Shown: piece after piece, positions 27,941-38,802 of the stretch
Layout of the letters: every line of letters begins with the position of its first letter
Position numbering within the stretch: position 1 is the first letter of the stretch
Made by a program: the position numbers and the translations under genes
The notes under the pieces: model-generated
The model's database searches: none
What the model was told of the DNA's origin: nothing
The model's input: the letters and a program-made list of their open reading frames with translations, nothing else
Assembly (NCBI GenBank): GCA_949293595.1
Contig: CASFDW010000003.1
Coordinates: forward strand, 8,685-72,684
DNA from: an uncultured Spirochaetales bacterium
GTDB lineage: Bacteria; Spirochaetota; Spirochaetia; Sphaerochaetales; Sphaerochaetaceae
Length of the DNA: 64,000 bases
Direction: 5' to 3'

Positions 27941-28765
27941 ATGGCACTTAAATCATTCAAACCAAATACTCCTGGTCTCCGCCAGAAGACTGTTTTGGTC
28001 AGAAGTGAAATCACAGCACAGAAGCCGGAAAAGTCTTTGACAAAAAGGCTTGTCAACACCGCAGGCCGCGACACGTTCGGACGCATCAGCGTAAGGCGCC
28101 GTGGCGGTGGACACAAGAGGGCATACAGAATCATCGACTTCAAGCGCAACAAATATGGCGTACCTGGAATTGTTAAGACCATCGAGTATGATCCTAACAG
28201 GAGTGCGAACATCGCACTTGTCTTCTACGCCGACGGTGAAAAGCGCTATATCATCGCACCGAAGGGACTTACAGTGGGAACACAGATCCTCAGCGGACCC
28301 AATGCCCCACTTGCTGTAGGCAACGCTCTTCCTCTTAAGAACATTCCCCTTGGTCTTACCGTGCACAATGTAGAACTCACCCTTGGACGCGGTGGACAGT
28401 TGGTAAGGGCTGCCGGCCTTGGTGCGACGGTTATCGCTAAGGAAGGGGACTATGTCACCCTTCGTCTCCCTTCGGGAGAGATGAGGATGGTTTTCGGCGA
28501 ATGCTATGCCACGATCGGCGAGCTTGGAAACGAAGACCATATGAACGTGTCCTTGGGAAAAGCAGGTGCTTCCAGACACCTTGGCAACAGACCGAAGGTA
28601 AGAGGTGTTGTCATGAACCCTGTCGATCACCCGCATGGTGGTGGTGAAGGAAAGACAGCTGCAGGACGTCATCCGGTTACTCCTTGGGGCAAACCGACCA
28701 AGGGTGCCAAGACTCGTTCCAAGAAGAATCCTTCCAACAAGTTCATTGTTAAGAAGCGCAAGTAG
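27941..28765 (+). CDS. rplB: 50S ribosomal protein L2
   Basis: 274 aa with the [16 protein letters not shown] motif. Confidence 0.97.
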   Translation: MALKSFKPNTPGLRQKTVLVRSEITAQKPEKSLTKRLVNTAGRDTFGRISVRRRGGGHKRAYRIIDFKRNKYGVPGIVKTIEYDPNRSANIALVFYADGEKRYIIAPKGLTVGTQILSGPNAPLAVGNALPLKNIPLGLTVHNVELTLGRGGQLVRAAGLGATVIAKEGDYVTLRLPSGEMRMVFGECYATIGELGNEDHMNVSLGKAGASRHLGNRPKVRGVVMNPVDHPHGGGEGKTAAGRHPVTPWGKPTKGAKTRSKKNPSNKFIVKKRK

Positions 28766-28774
28766 GAGTAGAAA

Positions 28775-29047
28775 GTGTCAAGGTCAATTAAGAAAGGTCC
28801 TTTTGTCGAAGCAAAGCTCAACAGAAGGATTGAAGAATCAAACAAGACTGGTCAGAAGCAGATGATCAAGACCTACTCTCGTAGCTCTACGATCATCCCG
28901 GAAATGGTTGGCTATACCATCTCCGTTTACAACGGCAAGACCTGGGTTCCGGTATACGTTACTGAAAACCTGGTAGGTCACAAGCTCGGTGAGTTTGCTC
29001 CTACCCGCATTTTCCGCGGTCATGCATCTGACAAGAAGGGTAAATAA
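28775..29047 (+). CDS. rpsS: 30S ribosomal protein S19
   Basis: 90 aa; GTG start, [17 protein letters not shown]. Confidence 0.95.
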   Translation: MSRSIKKGPFVEAKLNRRIEESNKTGQKQMIKTYSRSSTIIPEMVGYTISVYNGKTWVPVYVTENLVGHKLGEFAPTRIFRGHASDKKGK

Positions 29048-29057
29048 GTAGGTGTTT

Positions 29058-29414
29058 ATGATGGAAACTAAAGGTTATAAAGCAATTGCCAAGTATTTGT
29101 TGGTTTCTCCTTCGAAGGTACGCCCGGTTGCAGATCTCGTAAGAGGCAAGAGCTACCCCCAGGCAGAAGCTATTCTTGCAGCAATGCCTCAGAAGGGCGC
29201 ACGTCTTATTGCCAAGGTTTTGAAGTCCGCGGGAGCAAACGCTCTCAATCAGAACAGGAAGCTTGACGAAGACTCCCTCTTCGTTTCCGCTATCTATGTC
29301 GACGATGGACCGAGGCTGAAGAGGGTTTGGGCACGCTCCCATGGAAAGCGTGACATCCTTCTTAAGAGAATGTCTCACATCACCGTCATTGTAGACGAGA
29401 AGGTAGGTGAATAA
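29058..29414 (+). CDS. rplV: 50S ribosomal protein L22
   Basis: ISPRKVRLV-like SPSKVRPVADLVRGKSY motif. Start is ambiguous: GTG at 29052, ATG at 29058 or ATG at 29061. Confidence 0.93.
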   Translation: MMETKGYKAIAKYLLVSPSKVRPVADLVRGKSYPQAEAILAAMPQKGARLIAKVLKSAGANALNQNRKLDEDSLFVSAIYVDDGPRLKRVWARSHGKRDILLKRMSHITVIVDEKVGE

Positions 29415-30118
29415 TGGGCCAGAAAGTTAATCCGATCGGACTCAGGCTTGGTGTAAACAAGACCTGGAAGTCCAAGTGGTATGTAGATCGCAAGGAATAT
29501 GCAGATACCCTTCATGAGGATCTGGTCCTCAGAAAGGCTCTTCTTGCTTCTCCGCTCGTGCAGGGTGCGGAGATCGCTGATGTCGAAATCATCCGCAAGC
29601 CGCAGCGCATCACTCTCGTGATTGCAACCGCACGCCCCGGTATCATCATCGGAGCCAAGGGTGCCAACGTCGAGAAGATCGCACAGAGCATGCAGAAACT
29701 CACCGATAAGAACATCCAGATCAAGATCAAGGAGATCAAGAAGAGTGAGTGCAATGCACAGCTTGTCGCCCAGAATATCGCCAGGCAGCTTGAAAACAGG
29801 GGTGCTTTCCGCCGCGCAATGAAGAATGCTATCAGCAGGGCAATGGCCGGTGGCGCACAGGGAATCAAGGTAAGGTGTTCAGGACGTCTTGGTGGGGTCG
29901 AGGTCGCCAGAACCGAATGGATGAAGGAAGGAAGGGTTCCCCTCCATACTCTCCGCTCGGATATCGACTACGGCTTTGCCACAGCCAACACCAGCTTCGG
30001 AGCTATTGGAATCAAGGTTTGGGTCTTCAATGGTGAGATCTACAACCGGGCCAAGGCTGAAGACGATACAGTCGGAACAATCGTGAAGAAGAAGACTGAA
30101 TCCGAGGCAAGGAGTTAA
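29414..30118 (+). CDS. rpsC: 30S ribosomal protein S3
   Basis: 234 aa; [17 protein letters not shown]-type junction with rplV. Confidence 0.97.
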   Translation: MGQKVNPIGLRLGVNKTWKSKWYVDRKEYADTLHEDLVLRKALLASPLVQGAEIADVEIIRKPQRITLVIATARPGIIIGAKGANVEKIAQSMQKLTDKNIQIKIKEIKKSECNAQLVAQNIARQLENRGAFRRAMKNAISRAMAGGAQGIKVRCSGRLGGVEVARTEWMKEGRVPLHTLRSDIDYGFATANTSFGAIGIKVWVFNGEIYNRAKAEDDTVGTIVKKKTESEARS

Positions 30119-30120
30119 CG

Positions 30121-30537
30121 ATGCTTAGTCCAAAAAGAATCAAATACAGAAAGAAGCAGCGCGGAACACGCGATGCGGTGGCACACAAGGGCAACAGCCT
30201 CGTGTTCGGTGAATTCGGCCTCATGGCTCTTGAGCCGAAGTGGATCACCAACCGCCAGATAGAAGCGGCCCGTGTCGCAATGACGAGACACGTAAAGCGT
30301 GGTGGCAAGGTATGGATCCGCATCTATCCGGATATGCCGTATACGAAGAAGCCTGCGGAAACAAGACAGGGAAACGGTAAGGGTAGCCCGGAAGGATGGG
30401 TCGCGGTTGTCAAGACAGGTGCGATCATGTTTGAGATGGGTGGTATCGACGAGGCGCTCGCAAGGGAGGCTCTCACGCTTGCCGCATCCAAGCTTCCGAT
30501 CAAGACGAAGTTCATCGTCCGCTCGGATATGGAGTAA
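30121..30537 (+). CDS. rplP: 50S ribosomal protein L16
   Basis: 138 aa; [15 protein letters not shown]. Confidence 0.97.
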   Translation: MLSPKRIKYRKKQRGTRDAVAHKGNSLVFGEFGLMALEPKWITNRQIEAARVAMTRHVKRGGKVWIRIYPDMPYTKKPAETRQGNGKGSPEGWVAVVKTGAIMFEMGGIDEALAREALTLAASKLPIKTKFIVRSDME

Positions 30538-30543
30538 TGGGAA

Positions 30544-30747
30544 ATGAAGAAATCTTATAAGGATCTTAGCTACAAGGAGCTTGTAGCCGAACGCGAGAAG
30601 CTTAGAAAGGAGCTGGTCAATCTCAGGATGCAGAAGGTTCTTGGCCACTTGGACAATCCCCTTGCATTGAGGACCACCAAAAGAGATATCGCCCGCCTGA
30701 ACACAAGAATCCACGCAGTGGATATCGGCATTGCAAAGGCAAAGTGA
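30544..30747 (+). CDS. rpmC: 50S ribosomal protein L29
   Basis: 67 aa, between rplP and rpsQ. Confidence 0.93.
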   Translation: MKKSYKDLSYKELVAEREKLRKELVNLRMQKVLGHLDNPLALRTTKRDIARLNTRIHAVDIGIAKAK

Positions 30748-30760
30748 GAGAGGAATAGTG

Positions 30761-31015
30761 ATGATTGACGCAAGAAAGAAGATTATGACAGGGCTTGTTG
30801 TGAGCGACAAGATGGATAAGACCATCGTAGTCCAGGTTTCCAACAGGACTCTTCATCCCCTCTACAAGAAGTACGTGGTTTCTACGAAGAAGTTCAAGGC
30901 TCATGACGAAAGGAACGATGCCCACTATGGAGACACTGTACGCATCATGGAGTGCCGCCACTTGTCCAAGGACAAGTGCTGGAGACTTGTAGAAATCGTT
31001 GAGAGAGCCCGCTAA
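30761..31015 (+). CDS. rpsQ: 30S ribosomal protein S17
   Basis: 84 aa from the ATG at 30761 ([24 protein letters not shown]). GAGAGGA RBS. The track start at 30731 overlaps rpmC. Confidence 0.94.
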   Translation: MIDARKKIMTGLVVSDKMDKTIVVQVSNRTLHPLYKKYVVSTKKFKAHDERNDAHYGDTVRIMECRHLSKDKCWRLVEIVERAR

Positions 31016-31026
31016 GGAGTAGTGCC

Positions 31027-31392
31027 ATGGTACAGATGCAGACTTATTTGAATGTAGCGGATAACAGCGGTGCAAAGCGTGTGCAGTGCATCAAGGTTCT
31101 TGGCGGCAGCCACAGGTATGTGGCAGGCGTAGGTGATATCATCGTAGTTGCTGTCAAGGACGCTCTTCCGAACGGAGCCATCAAGAAGGGTGATGTTCTG
31201 AAGGCCGTTATCGTTAGGACAAAGAAGGAATACCGCAGACCTGACGGTACCTATATCAGGTTCGATGACAACGCTTGTGTTGTCATTGATGCCAACAATA
31301 ACCCGCGCGGAAAGCGTATTTTCGGACCAGTGGCCAGAGAGCTCAGGGATGGGTTCATGAAGATCGTTTCGCTCGCGCCGGAAGTGTTGTAG
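31027..31392 (+). CDS. rplN: 50S ribosomal protein L14
   Basis: 121 aa; [18 protein letters not shown]. Confidence 0.97.
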   Translation: MVQMQTYLNVADNSGAKRVQCIKVLGGSHRYVAGVGDIIVVAVKDALPNGAIKKGDVLKAVIVRTKKEYRRPDGTYIRFDDNACVVIDANNNPRGKRIFGPVARELRDGFMKIVSLAPEVL

Positions 31393-31400
31393 GAGAAAGT

Positions 31401-31700
31401 ATGAGACTGAAAAAGAATGACACAGTCAAGATCATTGCCGGCAAGGACAAGGGAAAGGTCGGCAAGATCGTGAAGACGGACCCCGCCAACGAAAGGGTCT
31501 ACATCCAGGGTGCCAACATGGTAAGCAAGACCATGAAGAAGAGGAATCCCCAGGACAAGGGTGGCATCATGGAAATCGAGGCTCCAATCCATGTCAGCAA
31601 CGTCGCTTTGGTTTCAAAGGACAAGGTCAGCAAGGTTGGATACAAGATTGAGAACGGAAAAAAGGTCCGTTTCGCTAAGAAGACAGGTGAGGTGCTCTGA
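31401..31700 (+). CDS. rplX: 50S ribosomal protein L24
   Basis: 99 aa with the KOW motif region [18 protein letters not shown]. Confidence 0.95.
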   Translation: MRLKKNDTVKIIAGKDKGKVGKIVKTDPANERVYIQGANMVSKTMKKRNPQDKGGIMEIEAPIHVSNVALVSKDKVSKVGYKIENGKKVRFAKKTGEVL

Positions 31701-32257
31701 TGGCTGAAGAGAAGTTTATCCCTAATTTCAAGAAGAAATATCTTGAAGTTGTCGCCCCCGAGCTCAAGAATGAATTCGGATACAAATCCTCAATGCAGAT
31801 TCCGAAGCTCGAGAAGATCACCGTCAGTGTCGGAGTTGGCGAAGCCACCGTGAACAAGAAGCTTCTTGATTCGGCTGTCAAGGAACTCGAGCAGATCACA
31901 GGACAGCATGTGGTCAAGACGAAGGCCAGGAAGAGCATCGCGAACTTCAAGATCCGTGCTGGTCAGGAGATCGGTGCGATGGTCACTCTCCGCGGAGATA
32001 ACATGTGGTATTTCCTCGAGAGGCTCATCTCCATCGCTCTTCCCCGTGTCAAGGACTTCAAGGGAGTCAAGCCGAACGCTTTCGACGGCCATGGAAACTA
32101 TTCTCTCGGAATCACGGAGCAGATCATTTTCCCGGAAATCGATTACGACAAGATCGAGAGGGTGAGCGGACTTAATGTCGCCATCGTCACAACCGCAACG
32201 ACTGATGAAGAGGCATTTGCGCTTCTTAAGAAGCTCGGAATGCCCTTTGCTAAGTAA
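31700..32257 (+). CDS. rplE: 50S ribosomal protein L5
   Basis: 185 aa, in spc-operon position. Confidence 0.96.
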   Translation: MAEEKFIPNFKKKYLEVVAPELKNEFGYKSSMQIPKLEKITVSVGVGEATVNKKLLDSAVKELEQITGQHVVKTKARKSIANFKIRAGQEIGAMVTLRGDNMWYFLERLISIALPRVKDFKGVKPNAFDGHGNYSLGITEQIIFPEIDYDKIERVSGLNVAIVTTATTDEEAFALLKKLGMPFAK

Positions 32258-32268
32258 GGAGTAGGAGC

Positions 32269-32454
32269 ATGGCAAAGAAATCTTTGATTGTTAAGGCAAA
32301 GAAGGAACCGAAATTCTCCACACGTTCTTACAACAGATGCAGAATTTGCGGTCGTCCCCGTGGTTATATGCGCCAGTTTGATATGTGCAGGGTCTGCTTT
32401 AGAAAATTGGCAAGTGAAGGCCAGATTCCTGGCGTTACCAAATCCAGTTGGTAG
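32269..32454 (+). CDS. rpsN: 30S ribosomal protein S14, short zinc-binding type Z
   Basis: 61 aa with [22 protein letters not shown] (two CxxC pairs). Confidence 0.95.
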   Translation: MAKKSLIVKAKKEPKFSTRSYNRCRICGRPRGYMRQFDMCRVCFRKLASEGQIPGVTKSSW

Positions 32455-32463
32455 GAGATAGTT

Positions 32464-32862
32464 ATGGCAGCAAGTGATCCAATTGCAGATATGCTTACCA
32501 AGATTAGGAACGCTAGTTTGGCTAAGCACGAAAAGGTGGAAATCACCAACTCGAAAATGAAGCTCCAGATCGTCAAGATCCTTAAGAACGAGGGCTTCAT
32601 CAAGAACTTCAAGAAGGTTACAAAGGACAATGTTCCTTATATCCGTGTTTTCTTGAAGTATGACGACGATCAGAACCCTGTTATCCATGGTCTTGACCGT
32701 ATCTCGACACCCGGTAGGCGCGTATATTGCGGCTATAAGGAAATGCCAAGGGTTTTCAATGGCAACGGTGTCGTAGTCGTTTCTTCCTCGACAGGTGTCA
32801 TCACAGGCAAGAAGGCTGTTGATGCCCGCGTCGGCGGTGAATTGATCTGCACGATCTGGTAA
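32464..32862 (+). CDS. rpsH: 30S ribosomal protein S8
   Basis: 132 aa; [13 protein letters not shown]. Confidence 0.97.
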   Translation: MAASDPIADMLTKIRNASLAKHEKVEITNSKMKLQIVKILKNEGFIKNFKKVTKDNVPYIRVFLKYDDDQNPVIHGLDRISTPGRRVYCGYKEMPRVFNGNGVVVVSSSTGVITGKKAVDARVGGELICTIW

Positions 32863-32872
32863 GGAGTTTCAG

Positions 32873-33415
32873 ATGTCAAGAATCGGAAAATTGCCTGTAG
32901 TGATTCCGGAGGGTGTGAAGGTCAGTGTTGCCGACGGCGTTGTTACAGTCACAGGCAAGAAGGGTACTCTTACCCAGGCTCTCAGGAACGAGGTAGCTGT
33001 AAAGGTTGAAGGGAACGAAGTCATCGTGACAAGGTTCGATGATGAGAAGCTCAGCAGGAGTTTCCATGGACTCTACCGCCAGTTGATCGCCAACATGGTC
33101 AAGGGTGTGCATGACGGATACTCAAAGGTGCTCCTCATCAATGGTGTAGGTTATAAGGCGGAAGTCAAAGGGAACATTCTTTCTCTCAGCCTTGGTTATT
33201 CCACAATGATCGAGTACATGATCCCGGAGGGAATCACGATTACAGCCGACGGTCCCGCAAAGCTGACAATCAGCGGCATCTCCAAGGAGAAGGTGGGCCA
33301 GGTCGCGGCGGAAATCCGCTCTCTCAGAGGACCTGAGCCGTACAAGGGCAAGGGTATCAAGTACGAGACCGAGACGATCCGCCGCAAGGTCGGAAAATCC
33401 GGTGGTAAGAAATAA
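32873..33415 (+). CDS. rplF: 50S ribosomal protein L6
   Basis: 180 aa; [17 protein letters not shown]. Confidence 0.97.
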   Translation: MSRIGKLPVVIPEGVKVSVADGVVTVTGKKGTLTQALRNEVAVKVEGNEVIVTRFDDEKLSRSFHGLYRQLIANMVKGVHDGYSKVLLINGVGYKAEVKGNILSLSLGYSTMIEYMIPEGITITADGPAKLTISGISKEKVGQVAAEIRSLRGPEPYKGKGIKYETETIRRKVGKSGGKK

Positions 33416-33427
33416 GGTGGTGTGAGA

Positions 33428-33787
33428 ATGAACAGAATGATCGATAAAACCAGAAGGCAGCTTAAGAGGAAGGCTCACATCAGAAAGAGCATTTCCGGCA
33501 CTTCTGAGCGTCCGCGCATGACTGTTTTCAGGAGCAACCTCCATATGTATGTTCAGGTCATCGACGACACCTGTGGCAGGACCCTCGTCTCCGCATCCAC
33601 GGTTGAGGCGGACCTCAGGGGACTCAGGAACACGGTCGCCGATGCTGAAAAGCTCGGAGAGGTTGTAGGAAAGAGGCTTCTTGATGCCAAGATCGAACAG
33701 GTAGTGTTTGACAGGAACGGTTATCTTTATCACGGTATCGTCAAGTCAATCGCCGATGGCGCCAGAAAGGCTGGTGTGAGGTTCTAG
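33428..33787 (+). CDS. rplR: 50S ribosomal protein L18
   Basis: Basic N-terminus KRKAHIRKSISGTSERPRMTVFRSNLHMYVQVIDD. ATG at 33428 is preferred (AAGGTGG RBS); the track uses the GTG at 33422. Confidence 0.94.
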   Translation: MNRMIDKTRRQLKRKAHIRKSISGTSERPRMTVFRSNLHMYVQVIDDTCGRTLVSASTVEADLRGLRNTVADAEKLGEVVGKRLLDAKIEQVVFDRNGYLYHGIVKSIADGARKAGVRF

Positions 33788-33795
33788 GAGCACTT

Positions 33796-34302
33796 ATGGA
33801 AAAGTCAAAGGAAAGAGAAGTGAAAGACGGATACATGGAGAAGCTTGTGAAGCTCAACCGCGTATCCAAGGTAGTAAAGGGTGGTAAGAGGTTGTCTTAT
33901 TCCGCTCTCGTTGTCGTTGGTTACGGAGATGGCCGTGTGGGCTATGGATTCGGAAAGGCCAACGATGTTACGGAAGCAATCAGGAAGGCGACCGAGAAGG
34001 CTAAGGCCGGCATTGTGACGATTCCTCTCAAGGGAAATACCATTCCGCATGACATCATCGGCAATTTCAAGAGTGCTTCCATCGTCTTGAAACCGGCTGT
34101 TCCCGGAACTGGTGTCATCGCCGGTGGTGCTGTCCGTCTTGTCTGTGACGCCTGCGGTATCAAGGACATCATTTCCAAGAGCCTTGGAAGCAGGAACAGC
34201 ATCAACATGGTCAAGGCCACTTTCGATGGTCTTACCAATCTCTTCGATGCCGGAAAGATCGCTAAGAATAGAGGTAAGTCTCTAAAGGAAATGTGGAGCT
34301 AG
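33796..34302 (+). CDS. rpsE: 30S ribosomal protein S5
   Basis: 168 aa; [37 protein letters not shown]. Confidence 0.97.
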   Translation: MEKSKEREVKDGYMEKLVKLNRVSKVVKGGKRLSYSALVVVGYGDGRVGYGFGKANDVTEAIRKATEKAKAGIVTIPLKGNTIPHDIIGNFKSASIVLKPAVPGTGVIAGGAVRLVCDACGIKDIISKSLGSRNSINMVKATFDGLTNLFDAGKIAKNRGKSLKEMWS

Positions 34303-34304
34303 TC

Positions 34305-34487
34305 ATGGCAGATCAGATTAAGATTACATTGGTCAGAGGACTTGCTGGAACCCTTCCCAACCAGAGGAAGACAGTGAAGGCTCTTGGACTTGGAAAGATT
34401 AACAGCTCTGTTGTGCGCGAGAACAACGCCGTGCACCAGGGCATGGTCCGCAAGGTTTCGCACCTTGTCAAGGTAGAGGAGGTATGA
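34305..34487 (+). CDS. rpmD: 50S ribosomal protein L30
   Basis: 60 aa from the ATG at 34305 ([12 protein letters not shown]). Confidence 0.93.
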   Translation: MADQIKITLVRGLAGTLPNQRKTVKALGLGKINSSVVRENNAVHQGMVRKVSHLVKVEEV

Positions 34488-34488
34488 C

Positions 34489-34920
34489 ATGGCTTTGATA
34501 GTCAAGCCTTATGGCGCAACAAAGAAAAAGACGATCGTAGGCCGTGGAGCCTCCTCCAAGGGCAGGGCCTGCGGACGTGGTCACGACGGACAGAATTCAC
34601 GCAGCGGCGGTGGAGTCAGGCTCGGTTTCGAAGGCGGTCAGATGCCGCTCTACAGAAGGCTTGCCTCAAGGGGTTTCTCCAACTATCCGTTCAAGGTCAC
34701 CGCACAGGCGGTCAGCCTTGCCGATCTCGAGGTTTCCTATGAGAACGGGGAAGTCGTGAATGCAGAGACTCTCCGCGGGAAGGGACTTATCAAAGGTCGC
34801 GATACTGTTGCCAAGATCCTTTGCAATGGCGAGCTTACAAAGAAACTCACCATCGAAGGAGTGAAATGTTCCGCTGCGGCAGCCGAGAAGATCAAGGCTG
34901 CAGGTGGCGAAATCAAATAA
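34489..34920 (+). CDS. rplO: 50S ribosomal protein L15
   Basis: 143 aa with Gly/Arg-rich N-terminal region GRGHDGQNSRSGGGVRLGFEGGQMPLYRR. Confidence 0.96.
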   Translation: MALIVKPYGATKKKTIVGRGASSKGRACGRGHDGQNSRSGGGVRLGFEGGQMPLYRRLASRGFSNYPFKVTAQAVSLADLEVSYENGEVVNAETLRGKGLIKGRDTVAKILCNGELTKKLTIEGVKCSAAAAEKIKAAGGEIK

Positions 34921-34935
34921 CAGAGAAGGTATCCG

Positions 34936-36237
34936 ATGGCAAACACTTTGGTAGATATGTTCCGCATGAAGGATATCAAGAAGAAGGTGCTCATCACATT
35001 CGGGTTGCTCATTGTAACCCGGATAGGTACCGTAATCCCCGTGCCTGGAATCAATCCCGCAGCGGTCCTGCAGTACTTTGAAGCCAACGCAAACAGCTTC
35101 ACGGAATATTTGAACTTCTTCTCAGGTGGAGCATTCAGCTCGTATTCCATCTTCATGCTCGGTGTAATGCCTTACATCAGCACGCAGATCATAATCCAGC
35201 TGCTCATGCTTGTCATTCCTTCTTTGAAGAAGCTTGCGCAGGACCCGCAGGGTTCGAAGAAGATACAGCAGTATACCCGCTATGGCACGATCCTTGTGTG
35301 TGTGCTGCAGTCCCTTGCGACTACGGTCTATGCGAGGAGCATCCCTGGTGCCCTTACAATCGGCACCATACCGTTCACGCTCATTGCCATAGTCAGCGTG
35401 ACGACCGGATCCATGCTTCTTGTATGGATTGGTGAGAAGATCACCCAGTACGGGGTTGGCAACGGAATCTCGTTGCTCATCTTCGCCGGTATAGTCGCAC
35501 GTATCCCGAGCGCCCTATACACGTTGATAACGAGCGTACAGCTCGGAACACTCAATCCGGTTGCCGTCATCGTGGTTATCGTGATGTTCTTCTTCGTTGT
35601 GGCTCTCGTCGTTTACGAGGAGCAGGGACAGAGAAAGATCCCGGTGCATTATGCAAAGAGGGTTGTCGGAAGGAAGATGTATGGCTCTCAGTCGTCCTTC
35701 ATCCCGTTCAAGATCAACCCGTCAGGAGTCATTCCTGTGATCTTTGCATCGGCACTGCTTTCCTTCCCGCTTCAAATCGGATATAATTCGCAAGTTAGAT
35801 GGTTGCAGAGCGTTGCAAGATTCTTGGATCCTCAGGGTGCCCCCTATCTAATTATCTACACCTTGTTGATTATAGGTTTTGCATTCTTCTATACCCAGAT
35901 CAGTCTCAACCCGATCGAGATGGCAAAGAACATCCGTGACAACGGTGGTTCCATCCCCGGAGTCAGGAACGAGAAGATGGAGGAGTACCTTACAAAGGTT
36001 CTCAACAGGATCGTTCTTCCCGGATCGCTTTTCTTGGCATTCATCGCGTTGATTCCGACTCTGATCCAGATGTTCTTCAGCTTCCCGCAGAACGTCGCGA
36101 TGCTGTTCGGAGGAACCTCGCTGATCATTTTGGTCGGTGTTGACCTCGACACGATGCGCCAGCTCGACGGATTGATGAAGATGCATCATCACGAAGGCTT
36201 TGTGGACGTGAAAAAGCGCAAGGCCAACAAAATCTAA
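34936..36237 (+). CDS. secY: preprotein translocase subunit SecY
   Basis: 433 aa polytopic membrane protein in the canonical position after rplO. Confidence 0.97.
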   Translation: MANTLVDMFRMKDIKKKVLITFGLLIVTRIGTVIPVPGINPAAVLQYFEANANSFTEYLNFFSGGAFSSYSIFMLGVMPYISTQIIIQLLMLVIPSLKKLAQDPQGSKKIQQYTRYGTILVCVLQSLATTVYARSIPGALTIGTIPFTLIAIVSVTTGSMLLVWIGEKITQYGVGNGISLLIFAGIVARIPSALYTLITSVQLGTLNPVAVIVVIVMFFFVVALVVYEEQGQRKIPVHYAKRVVGRKMYGSQSSFIPFKINPSGVIPVIFASALLSFPLQIGYNSQVRWLQSVARFLDPQGAPYLIIYTLLIIGFAFFYTQISLNPIEMAKNIRDNGGSIPGVRNEKMEEYLTKVLNRIVLPGSLFLAFIALIPTLIQMFFSFPQNVAMLFGGTSLIILVGVDLDTMRQLDGLMKMHHHEGFVDVKKRKANKI

Positions 36238-36250
36238 TAGGAGCTCAGAA

Positions 36251-36364
36251 ATGAAAGTCAGAGCAAGTGTCAAACCAATTTGTGACAAGTGTAAAGTAAT
36301 CAGACGTGCCGGTGTCGTACGCATCGTATGCGAAAACCCGAAGCACAAGCAGAGACAGAAGTAA
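36251..36364 (+). CDS. rpmJ: 50S ribosomal protein L36
   Basis: 37-aa ORF below the track cutoff: [37 protein letters not shown]. Confidence 0.92.
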   Translation: MKVRASVKPICDKCKVIRRAGVVRIVCENPKHKQRQK

Positions 36365-36376
36365 TAGGAGGCCAGG

Positions 36377-36742
36377 ATGGCACGTATAGCAGGTGTCGAC
36401 TTGCCCAACAAGGCAGTCAAGATCGCCCTGACATATATCTATGGTATCGGCAAGGTTTCCGCTGTAGATATCTGTAAGAAAACAAACATCGATCCGGAAG
36501 TTAGGATCAATACCCTCGATCAGGATCAGATCGCTCTTCTGAGAAAGGTCATCGAGGAGGAGTACAAGATTGAAGGTCACCTCCGCACCGAAGTGGCTCT
36601 CAACATCAAGAGACTGATGGATATCGGTTGCTACAGAGGGCTTCGCCACAGAAAGGGTCTGCCTGTTCGCGGTCAGAGGACCAAGACCAATGCAAGAACC
36701 AGAAAGGGCAAGAAGAAGACAGTAGCCGGAAAGAAGAAATAA
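36377..36742 (+). CDS. rpsM: 30S ribosomal protein S13
   Basis: 121 aa; [10 protein letters not shown]. Confidence 0.97.
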   Translation: MARIAGVDLPNKAVKIALTYIYGIGKVSAVDICKKTNIDPEVRINTLDQDQIALLRKVIEEEYKIEGHLRTEVALNIKRLMDIGCYRGLRHRKGLPVRGQRTKTNARTRKGKKKTVAGKKK

Positions 36743-36755
36743 GGACAGGTAGGAT

Positions 36756-37133
36756 ATGGCAAACGTAAAAAGAAAAGTAAAGAAGACGGTTCTGGAAGGG
36801 AACGTGTACATCCAGACAAGCTTCAACAACACAATCATTACCGTTACCGATCTTGCCGGTAACGCCATCAGTTGGGCTTCTGCAGGTGTCATGGGCTTCC
36901 GCGGAGCTAAGAAGTCGACTCCTTATGCTGCACAGACAATCTGCGAGGCGGCTGTGAAGAAGGCCATGGATTACGGCCTCAGGGAAGTGAACGTCTATGT
37001 GAAGGGACCCGGAGTTGGCAGGGAAAGCGCGATCAGGACGATCGGCGTGCTCGGCCTCAAGGTCCGCTCCATCAGGGACGTCACACCAATCCCGCACAAT
37101 GGCTGTCGCCCACGCAAGACTAGAAGTGTATGA
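36756..37133 (+). CDS. rpsK: 30S ribosomal protein S11
   Basis: 125 aa with C-terminal [16 protein letters not shown]. Confidence 0.97.
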   Translation: MANVKRKVKKTVLEGNVYIQTSFNNTIITVTDLAGNAISWASAGVMGFRGAKKSTPYAAQTICEAAVKKAMDYGLREVNVYVKGPGVGRESAIRTIGVLGLKVRSIRDVTPIPHNGCRPRKTRSV

Positions 37134-37176
37134 TTGACTGCGGGATCATTCCCGCAGAACTTATTAGGAGTAGCAA

Positions 37177-38232
37177 ATGGCTAGAAAAACTCTTCTCAAG
37201 GGTTTCAAGAAACCTTCGGGAATCACACTCGACCACACTGTGTCCACCGCCGATTACGGTAAGTTCATCGCTTATCCCTTCGAAAGGGGATTCGGAACAA
37301 CGGTGGGTAACACCCTCAGGCGCGTACTGCTTTCTTCCATCCAGGGGTATGCCGTAGCGAGCATCCGCTTCACGACATTCTCAGGAGAGGACCATACTGC
37401 ACATCTCGTCACCAGCGAATATGAATCGCTACCGGGTGTGAGAGAGGACATCAACGATATCATCGCCGCCATTAAGAAGCTTCAGATAAGCATGCCTGAA
37501 GACAGTGAAGGGACCGTGCTCACAATCACATGCAAGGGCCCCGGAACCATCACGGGCGCCGATTTCGAAAAGAATGAGGTCACCGTAACCAACCGCGAGC
37601 TTGAAATCTTTACGATGATGGAGGATTGCGATCTTGAAATGGAGGTCCAGATCTACCTTGGAAGGGGGTATGTACCCGCCGAGTACAATGAGAAGTACAC
37701 CGAGGAGCTGGGAACCATTTCAATCGACGCTTTCTATTCCCCGGTCAAGAGGGTCAAGTATTCGATCGAACCCACAAGGGTGGGCCAGAGGAACGACTAT
37801 GACAAACTGATCCTCGAGATCTACACCGATGGAACCATCTCTCCGGAAAACGCTCTCGGCGAGGCAGCTAAGATAATCAAGGACCATTTCACCATCTTCA
37901 TCAATTTCGACGAGGGCAAGATTGCATCGAACGACGAAGTGGATGAGGAGGAGGAAAGGATCAAGGCCGTCCTTGATACTCCGGTTGAGGAGCTTGAACT
38001 CACGGTCAGGTCCTCCAACTGTTTGAAGAACGCCGGCATCAAGACTATCGGTGATTTGGCTAAGAAGACTGAGGACGAGATTGCCAAGACAAGGAATTTC
38101 GGCAAGAAGAGCCTTTCCGAAATCAAGGATAAGCTCAAGGAATGGAACCTTACTCTCGGCATGACGGATTTCAGCGTATTAAAGACGTCTATCAAAGTTC
38201 CAGAAAAGAAGGAAGTGGATAATGAAGCATAG
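37177..38232 (+). CDS. rpoA: DNA-directed RNA polymerase subunit alpha
   Basis: 351 aa with the C-terminal domain motif [23 protein letters not shown]. Follows rpsK directly, with no rpsD. Confidence 0.97.
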   Translation: MARKTLLKGFKKPSGITLDHTVSTADYGKFIAYPFERGFGTTVGNTLRRVLLSSIQGYAVASIRFTTFSGEDHTAHLVTSEYESLPGVREDINDIIAAIKKLQISMPEDSEGTVLTITCKGPGTITGADFEKNEVTVTNRELEIFTMMEDCDLEMEVQIYLGRGYVPAEYNEKYTEELGTISIDAFYSPVKRVKYSIEPTRVGQRNDYDKLILEIYTDGTISPENALGEAAKIIKDHFTIFINFDEGKIASNDEVDEEEERIKAVLDTPVEELELTVRSSNCLKNAGIKTIGDLAKKTEDEIAKTRNFGKKSLSEIKDKLKEWNLTLGMTDFSVLKTSIKVPEKKEVDNEA

Positions 38233-38647
38233 AATTGGATTCAACGCGCTTTCCCGCACCACCAGCGAGCGCACGGCTTTAAAGAGGAACATGGTCACCA
38301 GCCTCTTCAGGTATGAGAGGATCGAGACCACCAAGGCTAAGGCGCTCGAGGTAAGGAAGATGGCAGAGCGGATGATCACCAGGGCCAAGGTTGACAATGT
38401 GCACAACCGCAGGATGGCCGCACGTGACATCTACGACGAAGCAGTCCTTGACAAACTCTTCAAGGAAATCGCTCCGATGTTCCAGGATCGCAATGGCGGT
38501 TACACAAGAGTTCTTAAGACCGGTTATCGTCTTGGAGATGCAGCCGAGATGGTTATTCTCGAACTTGTCGAGAAGACACAGAAGAAGGAAGCCAAGGCTG
38601 ACAAGAAGGCTGAAAAGAAAGAAAAGGCCGAAAAAGCTTCCAAGTGA
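38222..38647 (+). CDS. rplQ: 50S ribosomal protein L17
   Basis: 141 aa; [24 protein letters not shown]. Lys-rich C-terminal tail. Confidence 0.96.
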   Translation: MKHRIGFNALSRTTSERTALKRNMVTSLFRYERIETTKAKALEVRKMAERMITRAKVDNVHNRRMAARDIYDEAVLDKLFKEIAPMFQDRNGGYTRVLKTGYRLGDAAEMVILELVEKTQKKEAKADKKAEKKEKAEKASK

Positions 38648-38671
38648 AGCAAAAAACAGGATTGTTCCTGA

Positions 38672-38699
38672 AGCCGTCACATCAGTGGCGGTTTTTTTT
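38672..38699 (+). terminator. intrinsic terminator ending the ribosomal supercluster
   Basis: 9-bp stem AGCCGTCAC/GTGGCGGTT (two G-U pairs) with loop ATCA, running into a T8 tract. Confidence 0.8.
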
Positions 38700-38802
38700 G
38701 TCCAAAAAACATCAGCCGGTGGTTTTTAATCGGCCAATTTCCTTGACACCAAGTTAACTTTAGGCCAATATCAATAATAAGTATTTCATGAGGAGGAAGA
38801 AT

